Positions 27,557 to 36,685 of a DNA stretch of 64,000 bases are shown one piece after another. The notes beneath the pieces were generated by a model. That model was not told where the DNA came from. It ran no database searches and saw only the letters and a list, made by a program, of their open reading frames with translations. Origin of the DNA: Myxococcota bacterium (GTDB taxonomy: Bacteria > Myxococcota_A > UBA9160 > UBA4427); assembly GCA_965250285.1 (NCBI GenBank), contig OZ252299.1, forward strand, positions 5,536,001 to 5,600,000, given 5' to 3'. Made by a program: the position numbers and the translations under genes. How positions within the stretch are numbered: position 1 is the stretch's first letter; every line of letters starts with the position of its first letter.

Positions 27557-28503
27557 ACGTCGTTGGAGAGGACAGGCGCGTGGCAGAGCGGACGAAGCTG
27601 CACGAAGCAGTGGTGGGCGAGGACGAGATCGACGAGCTCGGGCACATGAACGTCCGGTTCTATCTCGTGAAGGCGCTCGAGGCGTCGAGAGCGTTGGCCG
27701 AGCATGTCGGGCTCGGCCGCGAGGCCGTCGCCGAGCGGGGCGGTGTGCTCGAGCTGCGTGACGCGTGGACCCGACACCGCGCCGAGCAGCTGGTCGGTGC
27801 GCGGCTCGAGGTGCATGGCGGCGTGCTCGACGTGCGCGCCGACGGGCTGCGCGTCTATCACGACCTGGTGAACCCTGCGAAGGGCGAGCTCGCCGCGAGC
27901 TTCGTGCAGGCCTTCGTGCTGCGCGACGCGACCACCAGGGCGCCGATGCCGCTGCCCGAAGACGTCGCGGCCCGGGCGGCCGGCGCAACGGTCGACTGGC
28001 CCGAGCACGGGAGACCCCGCACGATCGATCTCGATACGAAGCCGACCGCGCCGGCGCTCGAGCTCGTCGTCGAGCGCGACCTCGCGATGCGCAAGCCGAG
28101 GGTGATCGGCGACGACGAGTGCGGCGAAGACGGCGTGTTTGTCGCCAACCGATACCAGGAGCTCTTCTGGGCGGGCGAGCCCGCGCAGCCGCGCGACAAC
28201 GACAGCTGGCTGATCGATCTCGAGGGGGGTGGCCAAATGGGCTGGGCGACGCTCGAGAGCCGGGGCGTGCTGCACGCACTGCCGCGCGCGGGCACGCGCA
28301 TCCAGAGCTTCGGCGCCGAGGTGCAGCTCGCCGCGAAGACCTCGTATCGGCACCACTGGGTGTTCGACGTCGACTCGCGCGAGCTGCTCTGCACGAGCTC
28401 GATCGTGAATCTTGCGTTCGACATCGGGGCCCGTCGCGCCATCGAGATCCCCGAGCGTGTGCGGGCGGGGCTCGAACGCGTCTTCTGTCCAGATCTGCTC
28501 TGA
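27553..28503 (+). CDS. Double hot-dog thioesterase family protein
   Basis: EIDELGHMNVRFY motif and a second degenerate hot-dog half. ATGA overlap with the VWA gene. Confidence 0.75.
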   Translation: MNVVGEDRRVAERTKLHEAVVGEDEIDELGHMNVRFYLVKALEASRALAEHVGLGREAVAERGGVLELRDAWTRHRAEQLVGARLEVHGGVLDVRADGLRVYHDLVNPAKGELAASFVQAFVLRDATTRAPMPLPEDVAARAAGATVDWPEHGRPRTIDLDTKPTAPALELVVERDLAMRKPRVIGDDECGEDGVFVANRYQELFWAGEPAQPRDNDSWLIDLEGGGQMGWATLESRGVLHALPRAGTRIQSFGAEVQLAAKTSYRHHWVFDVDSRELLCTSSIVNLAFDIGARRAIEIPERVRAGLERVFCPDLL

Positions 28504-28764
28504 GCCCGGCGGCGATGCGGCCGCAGAACCGGCAAGGAACGCGCAGCGAGAGACCCACGAGCGCCCCGCCGCGACACACGAAGCTCGGGTATCTTTGAGG
28601 GCCCGCCGAGCCCGTGCACGAGCACGCCGGCGAGCGCCCATCGCCGAATTGGCTGGCTCGCGCGCGTCGACGCCATCGGAGCGATCCGACGAGCACGCAA
28701 GCCGAAGATCCGAAACCGAACCCACACCCTAGACCGAACACAGCAGGGAAGAGAGACGACCGAC

Positions 28765-29988
28765 ATGGCCGACACGAAAGAAGAGCTCGAAGCGTTCCGC
28801 GCCGAAGCGCGCGCCTGGATCGAAGAGAACTTTCCGCCGTCACTCAAGGGGCGCGCGGGTGCCGTGATGCGATCGGAGACGATCGATGCATCCGAATCCG
28901 AGGCGCTCGCCTGGGGCAAGGTGCTCGGCGAGAAGGGCTGGGCGACGCCGACGTGGCCGGCCGAGTACGGCGGCGGTGGTCTCACGCAGCGCCAGGCCAA
29001 GGTGCTCGAGCAAGAGATCGATGCGGCCGGCGCGTTCAACCCGCTGATCCGCACCGCGGGCATGGGCATCACGATGGTGGGCCCGACGATCCTCGAGTAC
29101 GGCACCGAGGAGCAGAAGAAGCAGCACATCCCGCCGATCTGTCGGGGCGAGGTGTTCTGGGCGCTCGGCTACAGCGAGCCGAACGCGGGCAGCGACCTCG
29201 CGTCGCTGCAGTGCAAGGCCGAGGACATGGGCGATCACTGGAAGGTGAACGGCCAGAAGACCTGGACGTCGGGCGCCGACGTCGCCCAGTGGATCGGCTG
29301 CCTCGTGCGCACCGACTTCGACGCGCCGAAGCGCGACGGCATCAGCTTTCTGATCCTCGACATGAATCAGCCGGGCATCGAGACGCGGCCGATCCAGCTG
29401 ATCGGCGGTTCGTCGCCCTTCTGCGAGACGTTCTTCAACGATGCAGTGACGGGCAAGGATCAGCTGCTCGGCCCGTTGAACGGCGGCTGGACGGTGGGCA
29501 AGCGCCTGCTGCAGCACGAACGCCAGAGCCAGACCACGGCCGGCGCCGGCATGGCGGGCGGCGGACCGAAGAAGCCGCTGCGTGAGTTGGCGAAGGACTA
29601 CGTCGGCGTCGACGAGCAGGGCCGACTGGCCGACCCCGAGCTGCGCACGAAGCTCGCGGCCCACATGATGGATGCGAAGGCGCAGTCGCTCACCATCGAG
29701 CGCGTCTTCGCCGAGTCACGCGGCAACGCGAAGGTGAGCGCCGCGGCGTCGATCCTGAAGAACGCGGCGAGTGACGTCGCGCAGACGCGCGCCGAGCTGA
29801 CCGTCGAGCTCATGGGCCACCAGGGTCTTGGCTGGGAGGGCGAGGGCTTCGAGAACTTCGAGCTCGCCGCCGTCCGCGGATGGTTGATGGGCAAGGCCGT
29901 CTCGATCTATGGCGGCTCGGCCGAAGTCCAGAAGAACATCATCTCGAAGAACATCCTCGGCCTGCCCGAGAACACGCAGCGCGGCTGA
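28765..29988 (+). CDS. Acyl-CoA dehydrogenase (large subunit of an ACAD pair)
   Basis: GYSEPNAGSDLASL, NGQKTWTSGA and SIYGGSAEVQKNII motifs. Confidence 0.93.
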   Translation: MADTKEELEAFRAEARAWIEENFPPSLKGRAGAVMRSETIDASESEALAWGKVLGEKGWATPTWPAEYGGGGLTQRQAKVLEQEIDAAGAFNPLIRTAGMGITMVGPTILEYGTEEQKKQHIPPICRGEVFWALGYSEPNAGSDLASLQCKAEDMGDHWKVNGQKTWTSGADVAQWIGCLVRTDFDAPKRDGISFLILDMNQPGIETRPIQLIGGSSPFCETFFNDAVTGKDQLLGPLNGGWTVGKRLLQHERQSQTTAGAGMAGGGPKKPLRELAKDYVGVDEQGRLADPELRTKLAAHMMDAKAQSLTIERVFAESRGNAKVSAAASILKNAASDVAQTRAELTVELMGHQGLGWEGEGFENFELAAVRGWLMGKAVSIYGGSAEVQKNIISKNILGLPENTQRG

Positions 29989-30031
29989 TTCAGGCCGCCT
30001 CTCGCAGGCAGCCCCGGAAGGACAAGACATC

Positions 30032-31168
30032 ATGGCAGCATTGACCGAAGAGCAGCAGCTCCTGAAGGACCAGGCCGCGACCTGGGCGAAGGAGGAGTCG
30101 CCCGTCGCGAAGTTCCGCGAGATGCGCGACAGCGACAACGCGCAGGGCTTCGAGCCCGGCACGTGGTCGGCGATCGCCGAGCTGGGCTGGGCCGGCATCC
30201 TCACCCCCGAAGAGTTCGGTGGCGTCGACATGGGCTTTCTCACCTTCGGTGTCGTCGCCGAAGAGCTGGGTCGCCAGCTCGTCGCCTCGCCGCTCGTCGC
30301 GTCGGCCCTCGCCGGTGCGTCGGCCCTGATCGTGGCCGGCAATGACGATCAGAAGAAGGCCTGGCTGCCGAAGGTCGCCGAGGGCTCGGCGATCGTGACG
30401 CTCGCGATCGACGAAGGCCCGCGCCACGCGCCCCATGGCGTCGCGCTCACGGCCGAGAAGAACGGCGACGGCTACGCGCTGCGCGGTGCCAAGTCACAGG
30501 TGCTCGAGGGCATGACCGCCGACGCGTTCGTCGTGTCGGCGCGTACGGGGGGTGCGCCCGGCGAGGCCGAGGGCATCAGTCTCTTTCTCGTCGAGGCCGA
30601 CGCCGCCGGTGTCGAGCGCAAGCGCGTGGCGACCCTCGACAGCCGTGGCTACGCGACGGTGTCGTTCGATGGCGTCCAGGTCGGCGCCGCCGCGCTGCTC
30701 GGCGCCGAGGGCGAGGGCGGTGCGTTGCTCGACGCGATCCTCGATCGCGCACGGGCGGGGCTCGCGGCCGAGATGCTCGGCGTCGCATGTCAGAGCTTCG
30801 ACATGACCCTCGACTACCTCAAGAACCGCGTGCAGTTCGGTCAGGTCATCGGGGGCTTCCAGGCCCTCGGTCACCGCGCCGCCGATCTCTATACCGAGAT
30901 GGAGATGGCGCGCTCGTGCGTCGAGGCCGCGCTGCAGGCGATCGACGCGGGATCGGACGACGTGGCGAAGCTGTGCTCGCTCTCGAAGGCCAAGGCGGGC
31001 GACTTCCTCTACCACATGTCGAACGAGCTCATTCAGATCCACGGCGGCATCGGCATGACCGACGAGTTCGACGCGGGCCTCTACCTGAAGCGTGCCCGCG
31101 CGCTCGAGGCGACGTGGGGCAATCGCGCGTTCCACCGAGACCGCTACGCGAGGCTGCACGACTTCTAG
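30032..31168 (+). CDS. Acyl-CoA dehydrogenase (small subunit of an ACAD pair)
   Basis: RVQFGQVIGGFQAL and IQIHGGIGMTDE motifs. Confidence 0.93.
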   Translation: MAALTEEQQLLKDQAATWAKEESPVAKFREMRDSDNAQGFEPGTWSAIAELGWAGILTPEEFGGVDMGFLTFGVVAEELGRQLVASPLVASALAGASALIVAGNDDQKKAWLPKVAEGSAIVTLAIDEGPRHAPHGVALTAEKNGDGYALRGAKSQVLEGMTADAFVVSARTGGAPGEAEGISLFLVEADAAGVERKRVATLDSRGYATVSFDGVQVGAAALLGAEGEGGALLDAILDRARAGLAAEMLGVACQSFDMTLDYLKNRVQFGQVIGGFQALGHRAADLYTEMEMARSCVEAALQAIDAGSDDVAKLCSLSKAKAGDFLYHMSNELIQIHGGIGMTDEFDAGLYLKRARALEATWGNRAFHRDRYARLHDF

Positions 31169-31207
31169 GGCTGGCTCCGTGCGGGGTTCGGCGCGTGGCG
31201 GCGGCAC

Positions 31208-32005
31208 TCACCGTGCGCCGTGGCGAGCCCCCTCGCGCGCGGCTGGATCCTGGCGGTAGAAGCCCTCGAGCACGCCGTAGAGCTCGGGGTGGTGCGAGCG
31301 CAACGCCTTCGGTCGATCGAAGAACAGCTCGGTCACCACCGCGAAGAACTCGGCCTCGTTGGTCGCACCGTAGGGATCGAGCAGGTCGTGGCGCCCCCGC
31401 TCGGTCAGCTCGCGCAGGGCGAGATACTCGCGCGCGCACACCTCGACCCAGCGGTCGTACTCGTCTCGGTCGTGGAGCGGCGGCGTACCGTCGGCGGCGC
31501 CGTCGAGCATGTCGAGCTTGTGTGCGAACTCGTGGAACACGACGTTGTGGCCCTTCTCGGGGTGCCGCCCGGCGCGCTTGACCGCATCCCAGACGAGGAT
31601 CACCGGGCCCCGCAGCTGCGCTTCGCCGAGAATCGGCAGCGCGCCGCGGGTCGGTTCGCGCGGCACCTCGAACGCGCCGAGCTGCTGGGGCGGGATCACG
31701 ACCGTCGACGGGTAGACCAGGATCGACGCGACGTTTCGGTAGAGCTCGTCGTCGAAGCCGAGCAGCAGCAGGCAGGCCGAGGCCGCGATCGTGACGCGAA
31801 TCTCGTCGTCGAGGTCGAGCCCGCCGCAGCCTTCGAACTGTTTCTCGGCCACGAAGATCTGCGTGAGGTCGCGCAGGCGCTGCCGTTCGTCGTCGTCGAG
31901 CCACGCGGCGTGGGGCACGTTGCGCGCCAGGATCGCGTCCCAGGCGTCGGGGAACGGCGTTTCGAGCACCTTGCGGCGGCGGCGGTCGCGGAACCAGCGA
32001 AGCAT
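31208..32005 (-). CDS. MtfA-like M90 zinc peptidase
   Basis: NVVFHEFAHKLD (HExxH) and YGATNEAEFFAV motifs. Confidence 0.9.
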   Translation of the reverse strand: MLRWFRDRRRRKVLETPFPDAWDAILARNVPHAAWLDDDERQRLRDLTQIFVAEKQFEGCGGLDLDDEIRVTIAASACLLLLGFDDELYRNVASILVYPSTVVIPPQQLGAFEVPREPTRGALPILGEAQLRGPVILVWDAVKRAGRHPEKGHNVVFHEFAHKLDMLDGAADGTPPLHDRDEYDRWVEVCAREYLALRELTERGRHDLLDPYGATNEAEFFAVVTELFFDRPKALRSHHPELYGVLEGFYRQDPAAREGARHGAR

Positions 32006-32046
32006 GCTGCCGCGCACCCTAGCTCATCGGTGTCGGCGTTCGGTGC

Positions 32047-33261
32047 TCAGGGCCGAGAGATCTGGCGGCGCTTCAGCTTGCCGCCTTCGTAGAGCGACAC
32101 CACGTCGGGCGCGCCGTCGCCGTCTTCGTCCTCTTCGCGCCGCGCGATGACCGACTCGCCCGAGTCGACCTCGAACACCTCGACGGTGTCGGGCACGCCG
32201 TCGCCCTTGCGGTCGCGCTCCTTGCGCCCGACGCGCTCGGCGCCCGTCTCGGCATCGACGACCCAGGTCGTCCACGTATCCATGCGGCCGTCGCGGTCGA
32301 GATCTTCTTCGGAGCGGTCGCGCCGCCCTTCGCGGTAGTGGATCACGAGGTCGATCTCGCCGTCGTTGTTGGCGTCGTGCCGCTCTTCGGCGAGCTCGTC
32401 TCCTTCGTAGCGGTAGAACACGTCGCGCACGCCGTCGTCGTCGCGGTCGCGTTCGCGGCGCGTGGCGCGGCCGTTCTCGAAGTGATCCCAGGTGTCGGGG
32501 CGGCCATCGCCGTTCTGATCGAGGCGGCGGCGTTCGATCACGCCATCGCGGTAGACGTGCCAGCTGTCGACCTGGCCGTCGTAGTCGACGTCGGCCTCCT
32601 GGCCGAGCACGCGGCCCGTCTCGCGGTCGATCCAGCGCACGAGCTCGGGCTGGCCGTCGCCATCGGCGTCGAGCACCTGTCGGATCGCGTCGTAGGGCGC
32701 ATGCTCGCCCCAGGTGTTTGCGGGCACGGTCACGCGCTCGGTGTCGAAGATCTCGTCGGGCAGCTCGCGGTCGACCGGGGCCGGGGGGGCGATGCGCGGG
32801 TCGAGGAAGGCCTCGGCCATGGGGTCGTCGGCGGGCATCAAGAGCTGGTCGGGCGCTTCGCCGCGCCCGGTCGCCTGGTAGAGCAGGGCGCTCTGCGCGG
32901 CCATCTCCTCGGCGATCTGCGCGCCGTAGGTCTGTTGGGCCCGTCGGATCTCGTCGGCCTGCTTCTGTTCGACGGCGCGCAGCTGCGCCTCCTGCTCGGC
33001 GCGCCTCGATGTACGCGCGGCTCGGCGCTGGGCCTCGAGCTCGGCCTGCAGGCGCTGTTGCTCCTCGAGCTCGCGGGCGATCGCCTCGTCAGCCGTCTCG
33101 GCGGCGGCCGTGACGGGCATGCACAGCAGCGCGAGCGTCAGGGCGAGCACCGAGCCGACGGCCGAGCCGCCGCCGCGCGGGGGCACGCGTCGGAAGCCGC
33201 GGCCCGGCCGGCGCCGGGCACACCCGAAGGCGCCAGCGTTGCGTGATTCGAAGCGGGGCAC
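32047..33261 (-). CDS. Secreted protein with a coiled coil and tandem DxDxDG repeats
   Basis: DADGDG, DVDYDG, DQNGDG, DRDDDG, DANNDG, DLDRDG, DRKGDG and DEDGDG repeats. Start uncertain. Confidence 0.75.
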   Translation of the reverse strand: MPRFESRNAGAFGCARRRPGRGFRRVPPRGGGSAVGSVLALTLALLCMPVTAAAETADEAIARELEEQQRLQAELEAQRRAARTSRRAEQEAQLRAVEQKQADEIRRAQQTYGAQIAEEMAAQSALLYQATGRGEAPDQLLMPADDPMAEAFLDPRIAPPAPVDRELPDEIFDTERVTVPANTWGEHAPYDAIRQVLDADGDGQPELVRWIDRETGRVLGQEADVDYDGQVDSWHVYRDGVIERRRLDQNGDGRPDTWDHFENGRATRRERDRDDDGVRDVFYRYEGDELAEERHDANNDGEIDLVIHYREGRRDRSEEDLDRDGRMDTWTTWVVDAETGAERVGRKERDRKGDGVPDTVEVFEVDSGESVIARREEDEDGDGAPDVVSLYEGGKLKRRQISRP

Positions 33262-33571
33262 TCGATCTTCCGATGGCGTGGGGGGCGCGAGCCCCGAAGA
33301 TGTCGAATCCAGCCGAGACTTCCAGGCCACGTCGGCATGGCGCGCCGCGGCAAGGCGGCAGGGGCACTGACTTTGGGGCACCGCGGTGTTCGGATGCGTT
33401 CCAGGCCGCACTTGGCGACCGTCTTGTCCAGATTGGGGCCTCCGCGAGGCGTTCGAGCCACGAAATGCTGAAGTCGAGGCCCCGACCGCGCCGAAAAGGA
33501 ACTAGCCCCCCGGCATCCCCCCCAGCTATCCTGACGCAGCGCGGCGTACGCTGCGTAGGCGAGGAGATCGG

Positions 33572-34912
33572 TTGGGACTCACGCTGATCCGAAAGAGCAA
33601 GGGCGACCGCCCCCGCACGGGCGGACGCGTGGCGCTGGTGCTGGCCGGCGGCGCGGTGTCGGGCGGTGCGTTCAAGGTCGGCGGGCTCAAGGCGCTCGAC
33701 GACTTCTTCGTCGGCCGCGGGGTCTGCGACCTCGACGTGTACGTCGGCCTCTCGGCGGGCGGCCTCATCGCTGCGCCGCTCGCGGGCGGCATCGCGCCCG
33801 ACGAGATGATTCGCGTGCTCGAAGGCACGAGCACTCGCTTCGACCAGCTTCGACCGATCGACTTCTACGGTCTCAACGTGCGCGAGTTCACGACGCGCCC
33901 GCTCAAGTTCGTCTACGACGCCCTCAGCTACGTGCCCGGCGTGACCTTCGACTTCGTCCGCAGCCTGCCGCATCTGCCCGACAGCATCGGGGTGGCCGCG
34001 CGCCGGCTCTGGTCGGAGCCGAACTACACGCATCTCGAGGCGCTCATGCTGCGCGTGCTCGAGGTCACCCAGCCCAGGCGCGAGGTGCCGGCGCTCACGA
34101 ACCACATCCCGAGCGGCCTGTTCGACAACTCGGGGCTCGAGCGCTGGATGCGCCGAAGCCTCGAGCGCATCGACATCCCCAACGACTTCAGCTCGTTCAG
34201 GCGGCGCAGCGGCAAGGATCTCTATCTCTGCGCCGCGAACCTCGATACCGCCGAGCGCGTCGTGTTCGGCCACGACGAGGACACGAGCGCCACGATCTCG
34301 CAGGCGATGCAGGCCTCGACCGCGATGCCGATCTTCTACAAGCCGCCGCGCATCAACGGCATCGACTACATCGACGGCGGGGTCAAGCACACGGCGAACA
34401 TCGACGTCGCGATCGACAAGGGCGCCGATCTGATCATCTGTTACAACCCGTTCCGCCCGTTCATCAATCATCCCGATGATCCGAACGGGAGCGGCAGCTA
34501 CTTCGCCGATGGCAAGTACCTGGCCGATCGCGGCCTCAAGGTGGTCGCCAATCAGGCGTTGCGCATGATGCTGCACTCGCGGCTCAAGCTCGGCATCCAG
34601 CGCTACCTGGCCGACGACCGCTTCGAGGGCGACATCGTGCTGCTCGAGCCGCAGGAGCACGATGCCAACTTCTTTGCGGTGAACCCGTTGGCCTTCTGGA
34701 AGCGGGCCGAGGCCGTGCAGCACGGCTTCGAGTCGGTGCGCAACACGATCCTGCAGAACTACGAAGAGCTGACCGAGGTGTTCGCGCGCTACGGGCTCGA
34801 GATGAGTCCCGATGCGGCCGCACGCAAGGCCGAAGAGATTCGCGAGCACCAGGGCTGGCTCGGCGTCGACGAAGAAGAGCCCCCGCCGCTGCGCCTCGTT
34901 CGACAAGCTTGA
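33572..34912 (+). CDS. Patatin-like phospholipase/esterase
   Basis: LAGGAVSG, GLSAG (catalytic Ser) and YIDGG motifs. TTG start after GAGGAG. Confidence 0.9.
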   Translation: MGLTLIRKSKGDRPRTGGRVALVLAGGAVSGGAFKVGGLKALDDFFVGRGVCDLDVYVGLSAGGLIAAPLAGGIAPDEMIRVLEGTSTRFDQLRPIDFYGLNVREFTTRPLKFVYDALSYVPGVTFDFVRSLPHLPDSIGVAARRLWSEPNYTHLEALMLRVLEVTQPRREVPALTNHIPSGLFDNSGLERWMRRSLERIDIPNDFSSFRRRSGKDLYLCAANLDTAERVVFGHDEDTSATISQAMQASTAMPIFYKPPRINGIDYIDGGVKHTANIDVAIDKGADLIICYNPFRPFINHPDDPNGSGSYFADGKYLADRGLKVVANQALRMMLHSRLKLGIQRYLADDRFEGDIVLLEPQEHDANFFAVNPLAFWKRAEAVQHGFESVRNTILQNYEELTEVFARYGLEMSPDAAARKAEEIREHQGWLGVDEEEPPPLRLVRQA

Positions 34913-35339
34913 TTGAGACGATTGCAGCCTGAATCGGGCGCTCGCCGGGTCGGTCGAGCCGATGCCCGAGCGTGTTTCGGGTTCCGGCCGATTGCGTTGC
35001 AATCCGGTGAAGAAGCGCTAAATTCCCGCTCCCATTGAATGGGCGAGTTCTGCCCGCACTCCGATCCTCTCGTATTTCGATTCCCGGGGCCGCCCGCGGC
35101 CGCAGCGTTCACCTGCGGCGAGCTGAGAAGCGGCGAGCCCAGCGGATCGGGCGCGCGCGGACCGCGAGTGCGGCCCGGCGGGGCACCGGCAGCGACTCGA
35201 GCGATTGGAGCGACGCGACGGGCGCGGTGATGAGGCTCATGAGCCCCGTCCACGGCCGGCCGCGCCGAGCGGATGGATGAGCCGAGCGGGTTGGGCGGCC
35301 GAGTCGCTGAGCCGTCGACGGAGGCGGGGTGAACGACGG

Positions 35340-36227
35340 ATGTGCACCCTGATCGCCATTCATCGTCGCGTTCCGGGTCGCCCCCTGGTGATCGCGGCCA
35401 ACCGCGACGAATACCTCGATCGACCGGCCGAAGGGCCGGCGGTGCGAGCGACGCGGGTGGGGCGGGTGTTGGCGCCGCTGGATCTGCAGGCCGGCGGCAC
35501 CTGGCTGGGGCTGAACGAGCAAGGGGTTTTTGCAGCGCTGACGAATCTGCCGACCGCCGACCTCGATCCGCAGCGTGTTTCGCGCGGCGAGGTGGTGCTC
35601 GACGCGTTGGCGGCGGGGACGGCCGAGGCGGCGGCGCAGCGGCTCGAGGGGTTGCCGACGGGGGCGTACAACCCGTTCAACCTGTTCGTCGCCGATGCCG
35701 AGACCGCGCACGTGATCGCGTATCGCGATCGGCCTGAGGCGCGGCAGCTGGACGCCGGGGTGCATGTCATCGGCAACGTCGAGGCGACGGGGCCGGGCAA
35801 CGAGAAGGTGAATCGAATTCGCGGCGAGGTCGAAACGGCCCTCGCCGTTGGAGAGGAAGGTCTGCTCGACCGGCTGGCCGAGATCTGCCGGCAACACGGC
35901 GATCATGAGTCGGGCGAGACAGAGCGGGCCTCGAACGCTGCGCATGCGGTCGATGCGCAGGAGGCAGGCAAGGGAGAGGCAACAGGAGTCGGGTCGATCG
36001 AGAATCGAAGGCGTCTTGGCGACACGTGCGTGCACGTCGAGGGCACGTACGGAACGCGAAGCTCACTGATTCTCGAGCTCGACGCGGGCTCCCTGGCGGG
36101 GCGGCTCCTGCACGCAGCAGAGTCGCCGTGTCGGGCGCCCTACGAAGACGTTTCTTCTCTGCTGGCAGAGCTCGGGCGGCGGCCCGAAGCGAAGTCGGCG
36201 GAGGCACTCATGAGGACAGCGAGTTGA
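35340..36227 (+). CDS. NRDE/TANGO2 family protein
   Basis: MCTL start, AANRDEY, GGTWLG, SRG and YGTRSS motifs. Confidence 0.9.
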   Translation: MCTLIAIHRRVPGRPLVIAANRDEYLDRPAEGPAVRATRVGRVLAPLDLQAGGTWLGLNEQGVFAALTNLPTADLDPQRVSRGEVVLDALAAGTAEAAAQRLEGLPTGAYNPFNLFVADAETAHVIAYRDRPEARQLDAGVHVIGNVEATGPGNEKVNRIRGEVETALAVGEEGLLDRLAEICRQHGDHESGETERASNAAHAVDAQEAGKGEATGVGSIENRRRLGDTCVHVEGTYGTRSSLILELDAGSLAGRLLHAAESPCRAPYEDVSSLLAELGRRPEAKSAEALMRTAS

Positions 36228-36280
36228 GAAGAATCGGCAGCAACATCCGGAAGAAGAACTCCGACGAGCGTTCGCATCGG

Positions 36281-36550
36281 ATGACGCAGAACATCATCGT
36301 GTATTCGGAGACCGAGTCGCCGAAGAACGACTACCCGCGCAAGATCGTCTCGCCGCCGCGACCCTCCTCGTGCTGCACCGAGGAGAACCGCATCAGCGTC
36401 GGCAGTGTGCGCGAGGTCGAGGGCTTCAAGTTCTGTTACAAGGTCTGCAACGAGTGCGGCCACGCCGTGAAGTACTTCTTTCCGGCGGTCGAGTCGACGA
36501 GCCAGGCCGTGAAGCGCTACCGCGAGAGCCAGCGCTACCTGGTCAGCTAG
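36281..36550 (+). CDS. Small Cys-rich hypothetical protein (89 aa), probably zinc-binding
   Basis: CC...CYKVCNECGH, strong codon bias, followed by a terminator. Confidence 0.75.
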   Translation: MTQNIIVYSETESPKNDYPRKIVSPPRPSSCCTEENRISVGSVREVEGFKFCYKVCNECGHAVKYFFPAVESTSQAVKRYRESQRYLVS

Positions 36551-36574
36551 TCTCCAGCCCACTCGAGGGTTTCG

Positions 36575-36602
36575 AAGAGGCGGCCTTCGGGCCGCCTCTT
36601 TT
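36575..36602 (+). terminator. Rho-independent terminator
   Basis: AAGAGGCGGCC-TTCG-GGCCGCCTCTT-TT, with a cUUCGg loop. Confidence 0.9.
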
Positions 36603-36685
36603 CGTTTCGTGGCCCGGCTCGAGCCTCTGCGTGGGCTCCGCCGAAGGTCGCCCGCCCCCAGGACGCGCCCGGAGACGCGCTGATC

